Below, one piece after another: positions 31,062 to 42,100 of a stretch of 64,000 nucleotides of DNA (the stretch's first letter is position 1; every line of letters starts with the position of its first letter). Position numbers and translations under genes: made by a program. Origin of the DNA: Candidatus Omnitrophota bacterium. Lineage in GTDB: Bacteria > Omnitrophota > Gorgyraeia > Zapsychrales > JANLHA01. Below the pieces are notes generated by a model. That model searched no databases and was not told the origin of the DNA. It saw only the letters and a program-made list of their open reading frames with translations. The stretch spans positions 14,666-78,665 of the forward strand of contig JANPFV010000015.1 of the NCBI GenBank assembly GCA_031423615.1. Direction: 5' to 3'.

Positions 31062-32081
31062 ATGAAAACAAAAGCCGCGATTTTGGTTGAGTTGAATAAA
31101 CCGCTTGTCGTTGAGGACATTGACATCCCGGTTCTTTACGACGGACAGGTTTTGGTGCGCGTTTTAGCGAGCGGCATCTGCCGCAGTCAATTGAATGAAT
31201 ATGGGGGTTTGAAAGGTCCCGACCCGTATTTGCCGCACCTGTTGGGCCATGAAGGCGCGGGGATTGTCGAGGCGACAACATCGTCGGTGAAGAAAGTGAA
31301 GGCCGGAGATTATGTGGTCATGACATGGATCAAAGGCCAGGGCCAAGATGTGGCCGGATCGCAATACCGCTGGGGAAAGAAAACCGTCAATTCAGGTGCG
31401 ATCGCAACCTTGACCGAATACGCCGTTGTTGCGGAAAACAGGGTGGTCAAGATTTCTAAAGCTGTGCCGCCGGCGGAAGCGAGTCTTTTGGGATGCGCGG
31501 TCCCGACGGGTAGCGGGATGGTTTTAAACACATTGAATGTTAAGAAAGGAACCTCCCTCGCGGTGTTCGGGGTGGGAGGAATTGGGGCCGCCGCGATTTT
31601 AGCGGCTAAATTTTCCGGCTGTTCGACGATTGTGGGTGTCGATGTTTCTGAACGGAAATTGGAATTCGCCTCCGAATTAGGGGCGACCCACGGGTGCAAG
31701 AGCGGCCAGAGTGCAAAGGAATTTATAAAAAGGGTCGGGAAAATGGATTATGTCATTGAGTCGTCCGGCCGTAAAGAAGCCATGGAGCTGGCCTACACTT
31801 GGGTCAAGGATACGGGCACGCTCGTCATTGCGGGGAATTTATCTAAAGGACAAAAGGTGGCGATTGATCCTTTTGATTTGATCAAAGGCAAAAGAATCGT
31901 CGGAACATGGGGAGGGGAGACCGTCCCCGACCGTGATATTCCGCAATACAGCCGCGCCTATTTGCGGGGAGATATTCCCTTAACGAAATTGATCACCCAC
32001 CGTTTTGCGTTAAAGGACATTAATCCAGCTTTTGCCATGTTGAATTCCGGACGGGCCGGACGCGTGATTATTGAATTTTGA
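31062..32081 (+). CDS. Zinc-binding alcohol dehydrogenase
   Basis: GICRS, LGHEG, LGCAVPTG, FGVGGIG. Confidence 0.9.
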   Translation: MKTKAAILVELNKPLVVEDIDIPVLYDGQVLVRVLASGICRSQLNEYGGLKGPDPYLPHLLGHEGAGIVEATTSSVKKVKAGDYVVMTWIKGQGQDVAGSQYRWGKKTVNSGAIATLTEYAVVAENRVVKISKAVPPAEASLLGCAVPTGSGMVLNTLNVKKGTSLAVFGVGGIGAAAILAAKFSGCSTIVGVDVSERKLEFASELGATHGCKSGQSAKEFIKRVGKMDYVIESSGRKEAMELAYTWVKDTGTLVIAGNLSKGQKVAIDPFDLIKGKRIVGTWGGETVPDRDIPQYSRAYLRGDIPLTKLITHRFALKDINPAFAMLNSGRAGRVIIEF

Positions 32082-32094
32082 AAAAGGAGCTAAA

Positions 32095-32844
32095 GTGAGC
32101 CAAGGGATTACCGTTGTTGTTGCGGCATTTAATGAAGAAGAAAATATCGCTGCGGCGATTGACAGTGTGCATGAAGGATTTAAGGGGTACGCACAGGATT
32201 ATGAAATTTTGGTGGTCAATGACGGGAGTGAGGATGACACCGGCGCCATTGCCGAAGCGCAGGCCCAAAAGGATCCCCGTCGCGTTCGCGTTGTGCATAA
32301 TGACCGCAATCGAGGCAATGCCTACAGTCTTTATCGCGGTTATCAGCTGGCCGCGCAAGAATATGTTACGGTTTTCCCCGGGGATAATGATCTCTCGCCT
32401 TTTTATCTTCGGGATTTTTTGGCCCATAGGGGCAGCGCTGACATTCTTATGACCTACATGTTAAGCATGCAAAACCGTCCTTGGCACCGCCGCGCTCTTT
32501 CGCGGTCGTTTGTTGTTCTTCTTAATACCCTTTTTGGTCTGAAACTGAGAAATTATAATGGGGCGCCGCTTTATCGCAGCACCGATATTCGCGCCCTTAA
32601 GGTGAGATCCTCGCAAGGCATGACTCTTCTCGCCGAGTGCCTTGTCCGTTTGATCAAGTCCGGCGCAACATATAAAGAAATTCCCAGCGATTTCATCGGG
32701 CGCAAGGGCGGTCAATCCCGCGCTTTACGTTTTAGAAATTTTATCGAATGCTTCCAGGTCATCAGTTGCCTCATCTGGGATGTGTGCATCCGCAGAAAAC
32801 CACGAGGGGAACTCGCGTTTGTGGATAATCCTCTGAAATCTTAA
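32095..32844 (+). CDS. Glycosyltransferase family 2
   Basis: RBS AGGAG, GTG start; AFNEE, VNDGSED, PGDND. Confidence 0.88.
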   Translation: MSQGITVVVAAFNEEENIAAAIDSVHEGFKGYAQDYEILVVNDGSEDDTGAIAEAQAQKDPRRVRVVHNDRNRGNAYSLYRGYQLAAQEYVTVFPGDNDLSPFYLRDFLAHRGSADILMTYMLSMQNRPWHRRALSRSFVVLLNTLFGLKLRNYNGAPLYRSTDIRALKVRSSQGMTLLAECLVRLIKSGATYKEIPSDFIGRKGGQSRALRFRNFIECFQVISCLIWDVCIRRKPRGELAFVDNPLKS

Positions 32845-32847
32845 CTC

Positions 32848-35040
32848 ATGTTCTTACATTTTCTAAAATTCTTTATCCCGATTGGACTTTGGCTTTATCT
32901 TTTCCGTGACCTGTTGAGCGGGGCCGCGCCTCTGCAAACCGAGCCCTTTGCCGATCTCGCCATTTTAAATTTTTATCTCACTCATTTGCGATTGGGAATT
33001 GTCCCGTTATGGAATCCCTTTCTCTTTTGGGGTTTCCCGTGGGAAATTCTTTTGACCTATGTGGGTTTTGCCAATCCCATCTGGCTTCTGACGGTTTTTC
33101 TTAATGCATTCGGAATAAAGTTCTATTTTGCCTTCGTTTATACGATTGTGGCTTATTTTCTCATCGGGCAAGCCGGATTTTACTTTCTGGCCCACGCCCT
33201 TTTTAAAGAAACCAAAACGGCCTACATTGCCTTTTTATTTTTATTATTTTCTTCGGTGGGCCTGGTGAGCTTAGTCCAGCTCAATATGCTTTTGATTTTT
33301 GTGCCGGCGGTGTGGTTTTTTTATTTTGCGCTGCGATGGACCCGGCGTTGGGACATCACGTCCTGGCTAGGAATTGTTTTTACCCTGATGCTGGTGAACC
33401 AGGCGTATTTGCCTTTTTACTTTGTGACTTTAGCCGGATTGGCGGCCCTGTTTTGGGGAATTGTTTATGCTCGGGCGGCCTTAAATATTTTCATTGCGGC
33501 TTTGCAATTCGGTAAAAGAAATATTTTTATTGTCATTTTAAGTTTGATAGTTTTGGGTGTGACCTTTATTCCTTCCTATTTCGCGTACCGGAATACGGCG
33601 ACCCACGAAGTGGTACTGCCGTGGCGCCAAAAGGGAATGGATGTGTGGACCAAGGGATCGCATTTTGGGGATTATGATAAAACCACAGAGGGAAGCTTGA
33701 GCAGCCGCATGTCGATCGACGATCTTTATTCAAATGTCGACCAACTGCTTTATGCGAATGATGGATTTGTTTATCTTTCGGGATTTGCTTTCTTGATTCT
33801 GCTTCTGGGAGCGTTTAACCGGCTTAACCGGCGGGTGACATTTTTGGGATTACTTTTTTTAAGTCTCTTCTTTCTTAGTCTGGGGAACGCCACACCGGTG
33901 CACAGATTTTTTTATGAACATGTTTTTTATTTTAAGATGATGCGCAATATGCATTTCTTTCTTCCTTTCTTTTTGGCGGTGTTGGTGTTGTTGACGGCTG
34001 AACAAGCCCGAGGCTTGCTACAGCTTCCGGAGCAAATGAATCGACGACAAAAGTGGCTCGCCTGCGGGATCATCCTGCTCATTCATGGCGGATGCTGGAT
34101 ATTTCTCTCCAGCAAAAAGAATGTCAGCCCCGTGGCTTATGAAACGATCAGTTTGAGTTTTATTTTTGGGATCTTCACCGTATGGTCGGTTTTAAAAAAG
34201 AATGGATATGGACAAGCCTTATTTTTATTCGGCTGTATTGTTTTTCATCCGATTTATGTGCTCAATGGACACAATCAATTAGCCGCAGAAAAGCCGGCTC
34301 CAACGATTACAAAAGGAATGCAGGCCAGAGTCAGCGTTCCGCAATTTTCGTTTACGCGTAATTCTCCGGTGCTGCCGCAAAAGGCAACCGGGGAAGATAA
34401 CTTGAACCCTTTTTATTTTGACTATTTTTTCATGACCGATGTGCTTCCTCATTCCCGGACGTGGCCGTTGTGTTCGCCGGCATTCTGGTCCTATTATCTT
34501 TCTCGAAACGTCCCCGAAAATATTTTGCAGGACTATGCCCGCTATAAATTTGTTGTTTATGATTCCGTGAAGGTGGTCCCGGATGATAAGGAAAATATTT
34601 TGCCACTGATCAAGGGCTTGGAAGGAAAAATCAATATGGCTTTTGTTGCCGAAGACCGGCCGGAAACAAAAAAGGAGCTGGACGCTTTCATAAAGAATCG
34701 GGTCGTATCATCGCAGGCTATATTCATCAGCGCGGCTTCCCCGGAATTGGCCGTAAAACATTTCACTCCCAACGTTGTCCGCTTGACGACAAATTTTAAG
34801 AATGAAAAGTTTTTGGTTTATAACGACAGCTATATGAAAGCCTGGCAGGCGAAGTGTGACGGAGTACGGATTCCTCTCTATCGCGCGAATGGGGCATTCA
34901 AAGGCGTGATTTTAGCGGCGGGACATCATGAAATAGAGTTTGCGTATCGTCCTCTGGGATGGAGCAGGCTGGCAGGGATTATTTTGATTTTGTATTGGAG
35001 TATGTTTGTTATTTTATTAATCAGATTGCGAAAATCATGA
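32848..35040 (+). CDS. YfhO-like polytopic membrane protein (putative GT-C)
   Basis: PLWNPF..G near N-terminus, many TMs, C-terminal WQAK...ANGAFKGV...GHHEIEFAYRP. Confidence 0.75.
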   Translation: MFLHFLKFFIPIGLWLYLFRDLLSGAAPLQTEPFADLAILNFYLTHLRLGIVPLWNPFLFWGFPWEILLTYVGFANPIWLLTVFLNAFGIKFYFAFVYTIVAYFLIGQAGFYFLAHALFKETKTAYIAFLFLLFSSVGLVSLVQLNMLLIFVPAVWFFYFALRWTRRWDITSWLGIVFTLMLVNQAYLPFYFVTLAGLAALFWGIVYARAALNIFIAALQFGKRNIFIVILSLIVLGVTFIPSYFAYRNTATHEVVLPWRQKGMDVWTKGSHFGDYDKTTEGSLSSRMSIDDLYSNVDQLLYANDGFVYLSGFAFLILLLGAFNRLNRRVTFLGLLFLSLFFLSLGNATPVHRFFYEHVFYFKMMRNMHFFLPFFLAVLVLLTAEQARGLLQLPEQMNRRQKWLACGIILLIHGGCWIFLSSKKNVSPVAYETISLSFIFGIFTVWSVLKKNGYGQALFLFGCIVFHPIYVLNGHNQLAAEKPAPTITKGMQARVSVPQFSFTRNSPVLPQKATGEDNLNPFYFDYFFMTDVLPHSRTWPLCSPAFWSYYLSRNVPENILQDYARYKFVVYDSVKVVPDDKENILPLIKGLEGKINMAFVAEDRPETKKELDAFIKNRVVSSQAIFISAASPELAVKHFTPNVVRLTTNFKNEKFLVYNDSYMKAWQAKCDGVRIPLYRANGAFKGVILAAGHHEIEFAYRPLGWSRLAGIILILYWSMFVILLIRLRKS

Positions 35041-36026
35041 ATAGAAAAAAATCTAGCCTGTGGATCAAGCTCGTTGAGTGGACCCTGGGCCGGTGTCTGT
35101 TTTTGTACATGCTCTTGATCGGGGCGAGTCTCGTTTTAATCGACCGTCATACGGTGTTGAACAACCGGATGAATTTTTTGCTCCAGAATGAAGCCAGCGT
35201 CAAGGCTTTTTCCGTCGGGAGAGTACCGATCGACTATAGTGCTTTTAAAATGGCGGTCCGTTATTATACTGAGTTGCGAAGATTTGCTCCTAGAGATGGG
35301 CTACTCTGTGGCAATCAAGGTTTTTGCTATTACCATTTAGGCCAGAAGCAGCAGGCCTTGGAAATGTATCAAAAGGCCCTTATGCTGGAGCCTACTTGCG
35401 GCCCTTTGCAGCTGGATTTAGCGACGATGTTTTTTGAAATAGGGTGGCAGGAAAAGGCCGCGGTCATTTGGAGTAATTATTTAGAGAATAAAGAATCTAT
35501 AAAAAGATATTGCGAGGCTTTAAGAGGCCAGTTGCGGCTCATAAAAAGGGAGGATGTTCTTTTTCTTATCGACGATATGGAAAAAAGTTTTGTCGTCGAT
35601 GAGCGAGAGACGTATATCAAATTGAGCGAAGCGTATTTTTTACTGCAAAAATATTCGCTGGCTGCCGAAACCGCACTGGCGGGTCTGAAGCGTTTTCCTC
35701 AAAACCGCTGGTTGAATTTTGTCGCCGGGTTTTCACGCTACAAAGAAAGCCGTTGGACAGAAGCGGCCGGCTATTTTAGTGAAGCGATCAAAAGTGAGCC
35801 GCACGACATCAATTCTTATTATTATCGTTCTTTGTGCATGCAAAGTTTAGGAGAACCGCAAAAATTTCTGCAAGATCTTAGCCACGTCAAACAATTGCAC
35901 GCCCGCGGAGTTAGCCCTTTCCCTTTTCCTAAAGGGGATGCGGCTTTGCACTTTGATACTGAAGTCTTATTTATTCGGTATCATTTGCAAGATGCAGGAA
36001 AGCTGGAGCGTAACCGTTCGCAATAA
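35037..36026 (+). CDS. Membrane-anchored tetratricopeptide repeat protein
   Basis: N-terminal TM; TPR motifs GFCYYHLGQKQQALEMYQKAL and AAGYFSEAI. Confidence 0.8.
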   Translation: MNRKKSSLWIKLVEWTLGRCLFLYMLLIGASLVLIDRHTVLNNRMNFLLQNEASVKAFSVGRVPIDYSAFKMAVRYYTELRRFAPRDGLLCGNQGFCYYHLGQKQQALEMYQKALMLEPTCGPLQLDLATMFFEIGWQEKAAVIWSNYLENKESIKRYCEALRGQLRLIKREDVLFLIDDMEKSFVVDERETYIKLSEAYFLLQKYSLAAETALAGLKRFPQNRWLNFVAGFSRYKESRWTEAAGYFSEAIKSEPHDINSYYYRSLCMQSLGEPQKFLQDLSHVKQLHARGVSPFPFPKGDAALHFDTEVLFIRYHLQDAGKLERNRSQ

Positions 36027-36096
36027 GCTTTTCTGAAATGAGCGATAATATTTTCGCGGACCGCAGGCCAGCGCGATGCAATATATGCCTAGCTAT

Positions 36097-36148
36097 TTGA
36101 CAGGGAATTACTTATCTGTTAAATTTTTTACAGTAACAATTATTACAG
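36097..36148 (+). promoter_or_regulatory. Sigma70 promoter of the PKS gene with overlapping imperfect palindromes
   Basis: TTGACA(36097)-N17-TAAATT(36120); CTGTTAAATTTTTTACAG and GTAACAATTATTAC; RBS AGGAGA before ATG 36162. Confidence 0.65.
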
Positions 36149-36161
36149 CCCATAGGAGATT

Positions 36162-39100
36162 ATGAGCGAAAAATTATTTAGGAGACTAGAAAGATTTCGC
36201 CTACGCAACACATTATCCATATTAGCTTTTTGTAAACAATTAGACACTTCCCCCGTTAATTATCACCGCTGGAAAAAAGCCCGCCACATCGTTGGCCCTT
36301 ACAAAAAAATTCTTGAGGATTTCTTAGATCGCAACGACAACCCTCAAGGCTTTCCACAATCTTCGTATAAAGTCGCGTCCAATATCGCCGTTATCGGTAT
36401 TGCTTGCTATTACCCCGGCGCTAACAATTTGAAAGATTTGTGGGGAAATATCTTAGCCCGGCGGGTTCAATTCCGTCGGATGTTGGACCAAAGACTTCCT
36501 TTGAGTCAATATTACGACGCAGATATTAAGTCCCCCGAAAAAACTTACCTCACAAAAGCCGCTTTCATAGAGAATTTCAAATTTGATTGGGATAGACTCC
36601 GTATTCCCAGAAAAACCGTTGAATCAACCGATATAGCCCACTGGCTGGCTTTAGACACAGCGTTAAAAACGTTTGAAGATGCTGGCTATAAACTCCGCGA
36701 TATTCCTCTCCAAAACACGGGAGTTATCGTTGGCAATACTTTGACTGGTGAACAAACACGATCACAATCTTTGCGTTTGCGCTGGCCATATGTTAATAAA
36801 GTTTTGAAAACGACAATGACTCATTTATCCATGGGTCAAGAGAACCAAAACCGACTTGCCCATGAGATGGAAAAGATTTATAAGTCGGCTTTTTATCCTA
36901 TTACAGAAGATTCTTTGTCAGGCGGTCTAGCCAATACGATTGCTGGCCGGATTTGTAATTATTTAAATTTAAAAGGTGGTGGCTACATTGTTGATGGCGC
37001 TTGTTCGTCGTCCTTGTTGTCTGTTGCGACGGCTGCGGATGCTTTAAAAATGGGAAATATGGATTTGGCTTTAGCTGGAGGAGTTGATGTCAGTCTTGAT
37101 CCATTCGAGTTAGTTGGTTTTGCCAAGGCAGGCGCGTTGGCAAAAGATCAGATGCGTGTTTATGATCAGCATGCCAATGGATTTCTGCCGGGGGAAGGGT
37201 GCGGGTTTGTTCTTTTAAAAAGATTGGAAGATGCGATTAAAGACAAGAATTATATTTATGCAGTAATTAAAGGTTGGGGAATTTCCTCTGATGGCAAAGG
37301 TGGGATTATGGAGCCCTCTTCAAGCGGACAATCATTTGCGATTGAACGGGCTTACAAAGATTTAGAATATAAAATATCCGATGTTGATTTTGTTGAAGGG
37401 CATGGCACGGGGACCGCGAAAGGCGATAGAGTCGAACTCGAAGGAATTGCAACAGCCATTGCCAAAGCGGCACAAAAAAATAATTCGCGCCTCTGTGGTG
37501 TTACATCGTTTAAGTCCATCGTTGGTCACACAAAAGCGGCCGCTGGTGTAGGTGGACTTATTAAAGCCATTTGTGCTGTTAATCAGCGCATTTTACCTCC
37601 TACCGCCAATTGTAGTGAACCCAATGATGTTTTTCAGGATAAAGCAAAAGGTTTATATCCGATTATGCAGGGAAGCATTTTGCTGCAAGGCACAAAAGCA
37701 AAGGCGGGCATTTCTTCGGCGGGATTCGGCGGAATTAATTGTCATATCACGGTTGAATCTAAAGATCTTCCAAAACAAACGTTAAAATCAGAAATAGAAG
37801 AACGCGCTTTATTCGTTAGCAATCAAAAGACGGAAGTTTTTGTTTTTGCTGCGAGGACGACGATTCATTTACAAAAAGTTATTCAAAAGTTTAAGGAAGA
37901 CTTAAGAAACATTAGTATTGCGGAAATGGCCGATTTGGCGGCTTTGTTGAATAAGAAAGCAAGAAATCGCCTGCCTATTAAAGCCTCTATTGTTGCAGAC
38001 TCCCCCGAGAATTTATATGAAGCTTTGAAGTCCCTTGAGAAAGAGATAACTGCAACTCCTGTGGAGGAAGGGCAAATTTATAGAATACAAGCCAATGATA
38101 GCAATACGCATATCATTTTGAGCCATACCGTCAAAACAAAACGTATAGGATTTATATATCCGGGACAGGGATCACAGCGCCTGAATATGACCAGGACTTT
38201 AGTCGAGCGTTATAAATGGGCGAGAGATCTTTTGAATTTATCAAAATTACCGCTTTATGATTTGATTTATAAATCAACAGATAAATTCTCAACCAAAGAA
38301 GATCAACAGGAATTCGAGAAGCAAATAGCGGATACCAAAATTACTCAGCCAGCGATTATTGCCAGTTCATTAATTTGGACAGAATTTCTATCTCGTCTTG
38401 GGATCGATCCTGAATGCGTGGCTGGCCATAGCTTGGGAGAATTGATTGCCTTTTATAGAGCAGGAGCTTTTAGTAAGGAGACATTAATAAAGTTTGCTGA
38501 ATTGCGAGGAAGATTGATGGCTTCCCGGGGTCGCTTTTCGGGAAGTATGGTCAGTTTATTTTGTTCAAAAAACCAAGCCGAAGAATTGATCGGTAAAGTT
38601 ACTGGCAACATTGTTATCGCCAATATCAACAGCCCTACCCAAGTCATTGTTTCTGGTGGTCATAAAGAAATCGAAAGGACAGTAGTATTGGCAGAGAAGG
38701 AAGGAATATCGTTATACCGATTGAATGTCTCCAATGCTTTCCATTCCTCGTTTATGAAAGAGGCTTCAGAAAAAATTCAATCAAGCAAAATATTACCAGA
38801 CAGTTTTAAAGTTGGGGACATTAAAGTTTACTCGGGCATGAGTGCGACTGCGCTGAGCAGTAAGGTTAATTTAAAGGAATATTTTTCAAAGCAAGTCATT
38901 TCACCGGTGAGCTTTGTCGATACGATTGAGGCAATATCGAAAAACTGTGACGTTTTAATCGAAGTCGGGCCGGGGCGGGTGGCAACGGATTTGATAAAGG
39001 CTATTAATAAACAGCAAGCCCCCCTATGTTTGCCTATTGAATCAACCTCACAAAATGATAAGGATTTGAACATTGTTTTAGCAGAATTATTTGTCCGTAA

Positions 39101-42100
39101 CATTGTGATCAAATGGGAAGAATTGTACACAAATAGGTTGATTAAAACGTTTGTCCCGGTTTCGCGAAAGACATTCATCAGGAATCAATGTGAGCATCCT
39201 TTAAAAATTGGTAGTCAAGTTCTTAGGACAGAGATTTCGTCAAATATTGAACTTAAACAAGAAGTTGAAGAAATTAAGCCGCAATCTAGGCCTGTTGCAC
39301 ACGGTCAAGATAACATTGCCGACTTGTTGGTGGACTTGATACAGGCGATGACGGGTTTTGATCGAGGATCAATTTCTTTAAAATCAAGACTTTTAGATGA
39401 TTTAAATTTGGATTCAATTAAAGCGGCTGAATTAATTGGTCAGGCGGCAAAAGTTCTTGGGATCGCCGGACAATTAGATCCTTCGCGGTTTTCCAATCAT
39501 ACTGTGGAACAAATCCGGGATCATTTATATAAATTAGTGGGTGAGACTAAGAGTAGCCAGATTGAGGAGACTACAGCGAGTCTTTTAAAACGTTATCATG
39601 ACAAAAATTGGGTTAGAAATTTTGTTGTTGATTTTAAACAAGAGGAAATAATCAGCCGTAATGTTAATCAATTAAAGAATTTAAAGAGTATCGTCATTCT
39701 GTCTGGTAAAGGTGAAGACGCATTAGTAAATTCGATTAAAAAAGAATTTAGTAATTCCAAAGCCAAATTTCAAAAGATTTATTTTGGCGACAGTCAGCAA
39801 AAATTAGAGAAGTTTGGCACAATAGACTGTCTGATTGTTGTTTTGCCTAAAGCTCCTCAGAATAAAGATTTTGATAAGAATTCTTTCCAAGAAATAGTCG
39901 AACGGCTCCATCAATCTATTAAATTAGCTAATTCAAAGCAAGTCCACAAGGATTCTTTTGTTGTTCTAGTACAGTTTAAAAATATTACATCCAGCTGTTC
40001 AAAATCTATAGCCTCGACACTTTATCTTGAAAGACCGGATTTAAAGGTTCGCATTCTTGATTTCGATGCATCCGCTTCCGAAAAACAAATCTCCCCAAGA
40101 ATTATCGACGAACTTCAAACATACGAGCGTTTTAATACCGTCGAGTATGACCTTAAATTTAGAAGAAGTGTTGGCTATTATCAAAATTCAGAACCGGCAA
40201 CATACAAGAAAAGAAACAGCTCTTGGACTTCCAAAGATGTTGTTTTGGTGACAGGCGGGGCAAAAGGTGTCACCGCGCAATGCGCTTTAGAGTTTGCCCG
40301 CAGTACTAAGGCGCGAATGGTTTTGGTCGGTCGCTCGCTGCTCCCTGGGAATCAGAAAGATGAAAACAATGAGATATTGCAGACCCTGCGTCAATTCGAC
40401 AAAGAAGGCCTAAAGGCTTATTACTATCCATGCGATGTAACTAATGAGAAACAGGTTAGCAAAACGATTCAGGAGATTGAAAAAAAACTTGGCAAGATCA
40501 CTGGATTTGTCCATGGATCTGGTTTAAATAGTCTAAAGCGATTGCAACAAGTTGCTTCTGAGGATGCTTTTGAGGAATCCCTTCCAAAAGTCATGGGTGC
40601 CGTCAATGTTTGTAAGGCCATGTCGCAACCGCCAAAGTTAATTGCTGGGATTACCTCTATTATTGGTTTGACTGGAATGGAAGGAAGCGGTTGGTATGGA
40701 CTGGCCAATGAGGTTTTAAATCTTTATCTTCATCAGTTTAAAAATCAAAATCCACAAACTGATGTTGTAACGATTGCTTACAGCGTTTGGGACGAAATCG
40801 GTATGGGGGCTAAATTAGGTAGTATTGACCGCCTTGCCGAAAAGGGCATTGGCGCTATTCCAGTCGCAGAAGGAGTAAAGCGATTTAAACAATTGATCGA
40901 AAACGATCCGGGCACTCAACAGGTCATTGTAGCAGGCAGACTCGCGGGAATAGATACTTGGAAATCGGCCACTTTAAAAATTAATTATTTTAGATTTATT
41001 GAAAAAGTCGAGTATATTCTGCCCGAGGTAGAACTCATTGCTCGAGTGCACCTTAATATCAAGGATGATGTTTATTTATTAGATCACAACTGGAAAGGTT
41101 CTTTATTGTTTCCGTTTGTATTTGGCTTTGAAGCTATGGCGCAGGGGGTCGCTTATGTCTTAGGGATTGAGAAATTCGATTACATTAAAGCTAAGAATAT
41201 TAATCTTGAACGGCCGATCTCTGTGCCGCAGGAATCAGGAACTACGATAGAGATTCATGCGCAAGTTTTAGAACGCAAGAAAAATGACGATAGCAGAGAA
41301 GTTAAAGTGGAAATTTATTCACAAGAGACAGGCTACAAAGAACCGCATTTTTCAGCAGTTTTTGAGGTTGATAAAAAGCCAAAGACTTTTGTAAAACCAG
41401 AGCATTCTTTGATGAAAAAAGCAAAAAAAGTCATTGATCTAGATATGCAGACCGATATTTATGGACCTATTTTATTCCAAGGAAAATTGTTCCAATGCAT
41501 CGAAAAAATTCACCAACTTCATTACGATAAGGACGATAAAAAAGGACAATGTGTTTTCACGGCCAGCTATAACAAATCAACCCGTATTTTTTTAAAGGAA
41601 AACAAAAAATTTAAAGGCGATTTCTTAATCGGCGACCCCTTTTTTATTGACTCAGTTTTGCAATCGATGCAACTTATTATTCCGCAGGATTTATCGTTAC
41701 CCAGGAAGATAAGATCAATAGAATTAACTCCCTTGAGCAGGAAATTTCACTCTGAAATGATATCCCAGTCTTACATAAAAAAGGTAAATAGTGAATATTA
41801 TAGTGGCGATGCCGAAGTTGCTCTGGGCGGTTTTGTTTTGAAGATTAAGAATTGCCATCTCATAATACTGGAGACCTTGAGCAATAACCTCCCTACTAAT
41901 GATCTTGTAAATCCAGCCTTAAGAGATCAAAAGATAATTCAGACTAGAGTAGACGAGTTTAGTAAAGAATTAAACTTTATTTCTCCCATTATTTGTTGTT
42001 TATATGATGAGCGATTGAAGAATACCAATAAGGATTTGCGGCGTAAAATTGAAGCACCTCTTGTTAAGGTTGCGGTAGAGAAATTATTTGAGAGAAGTAA

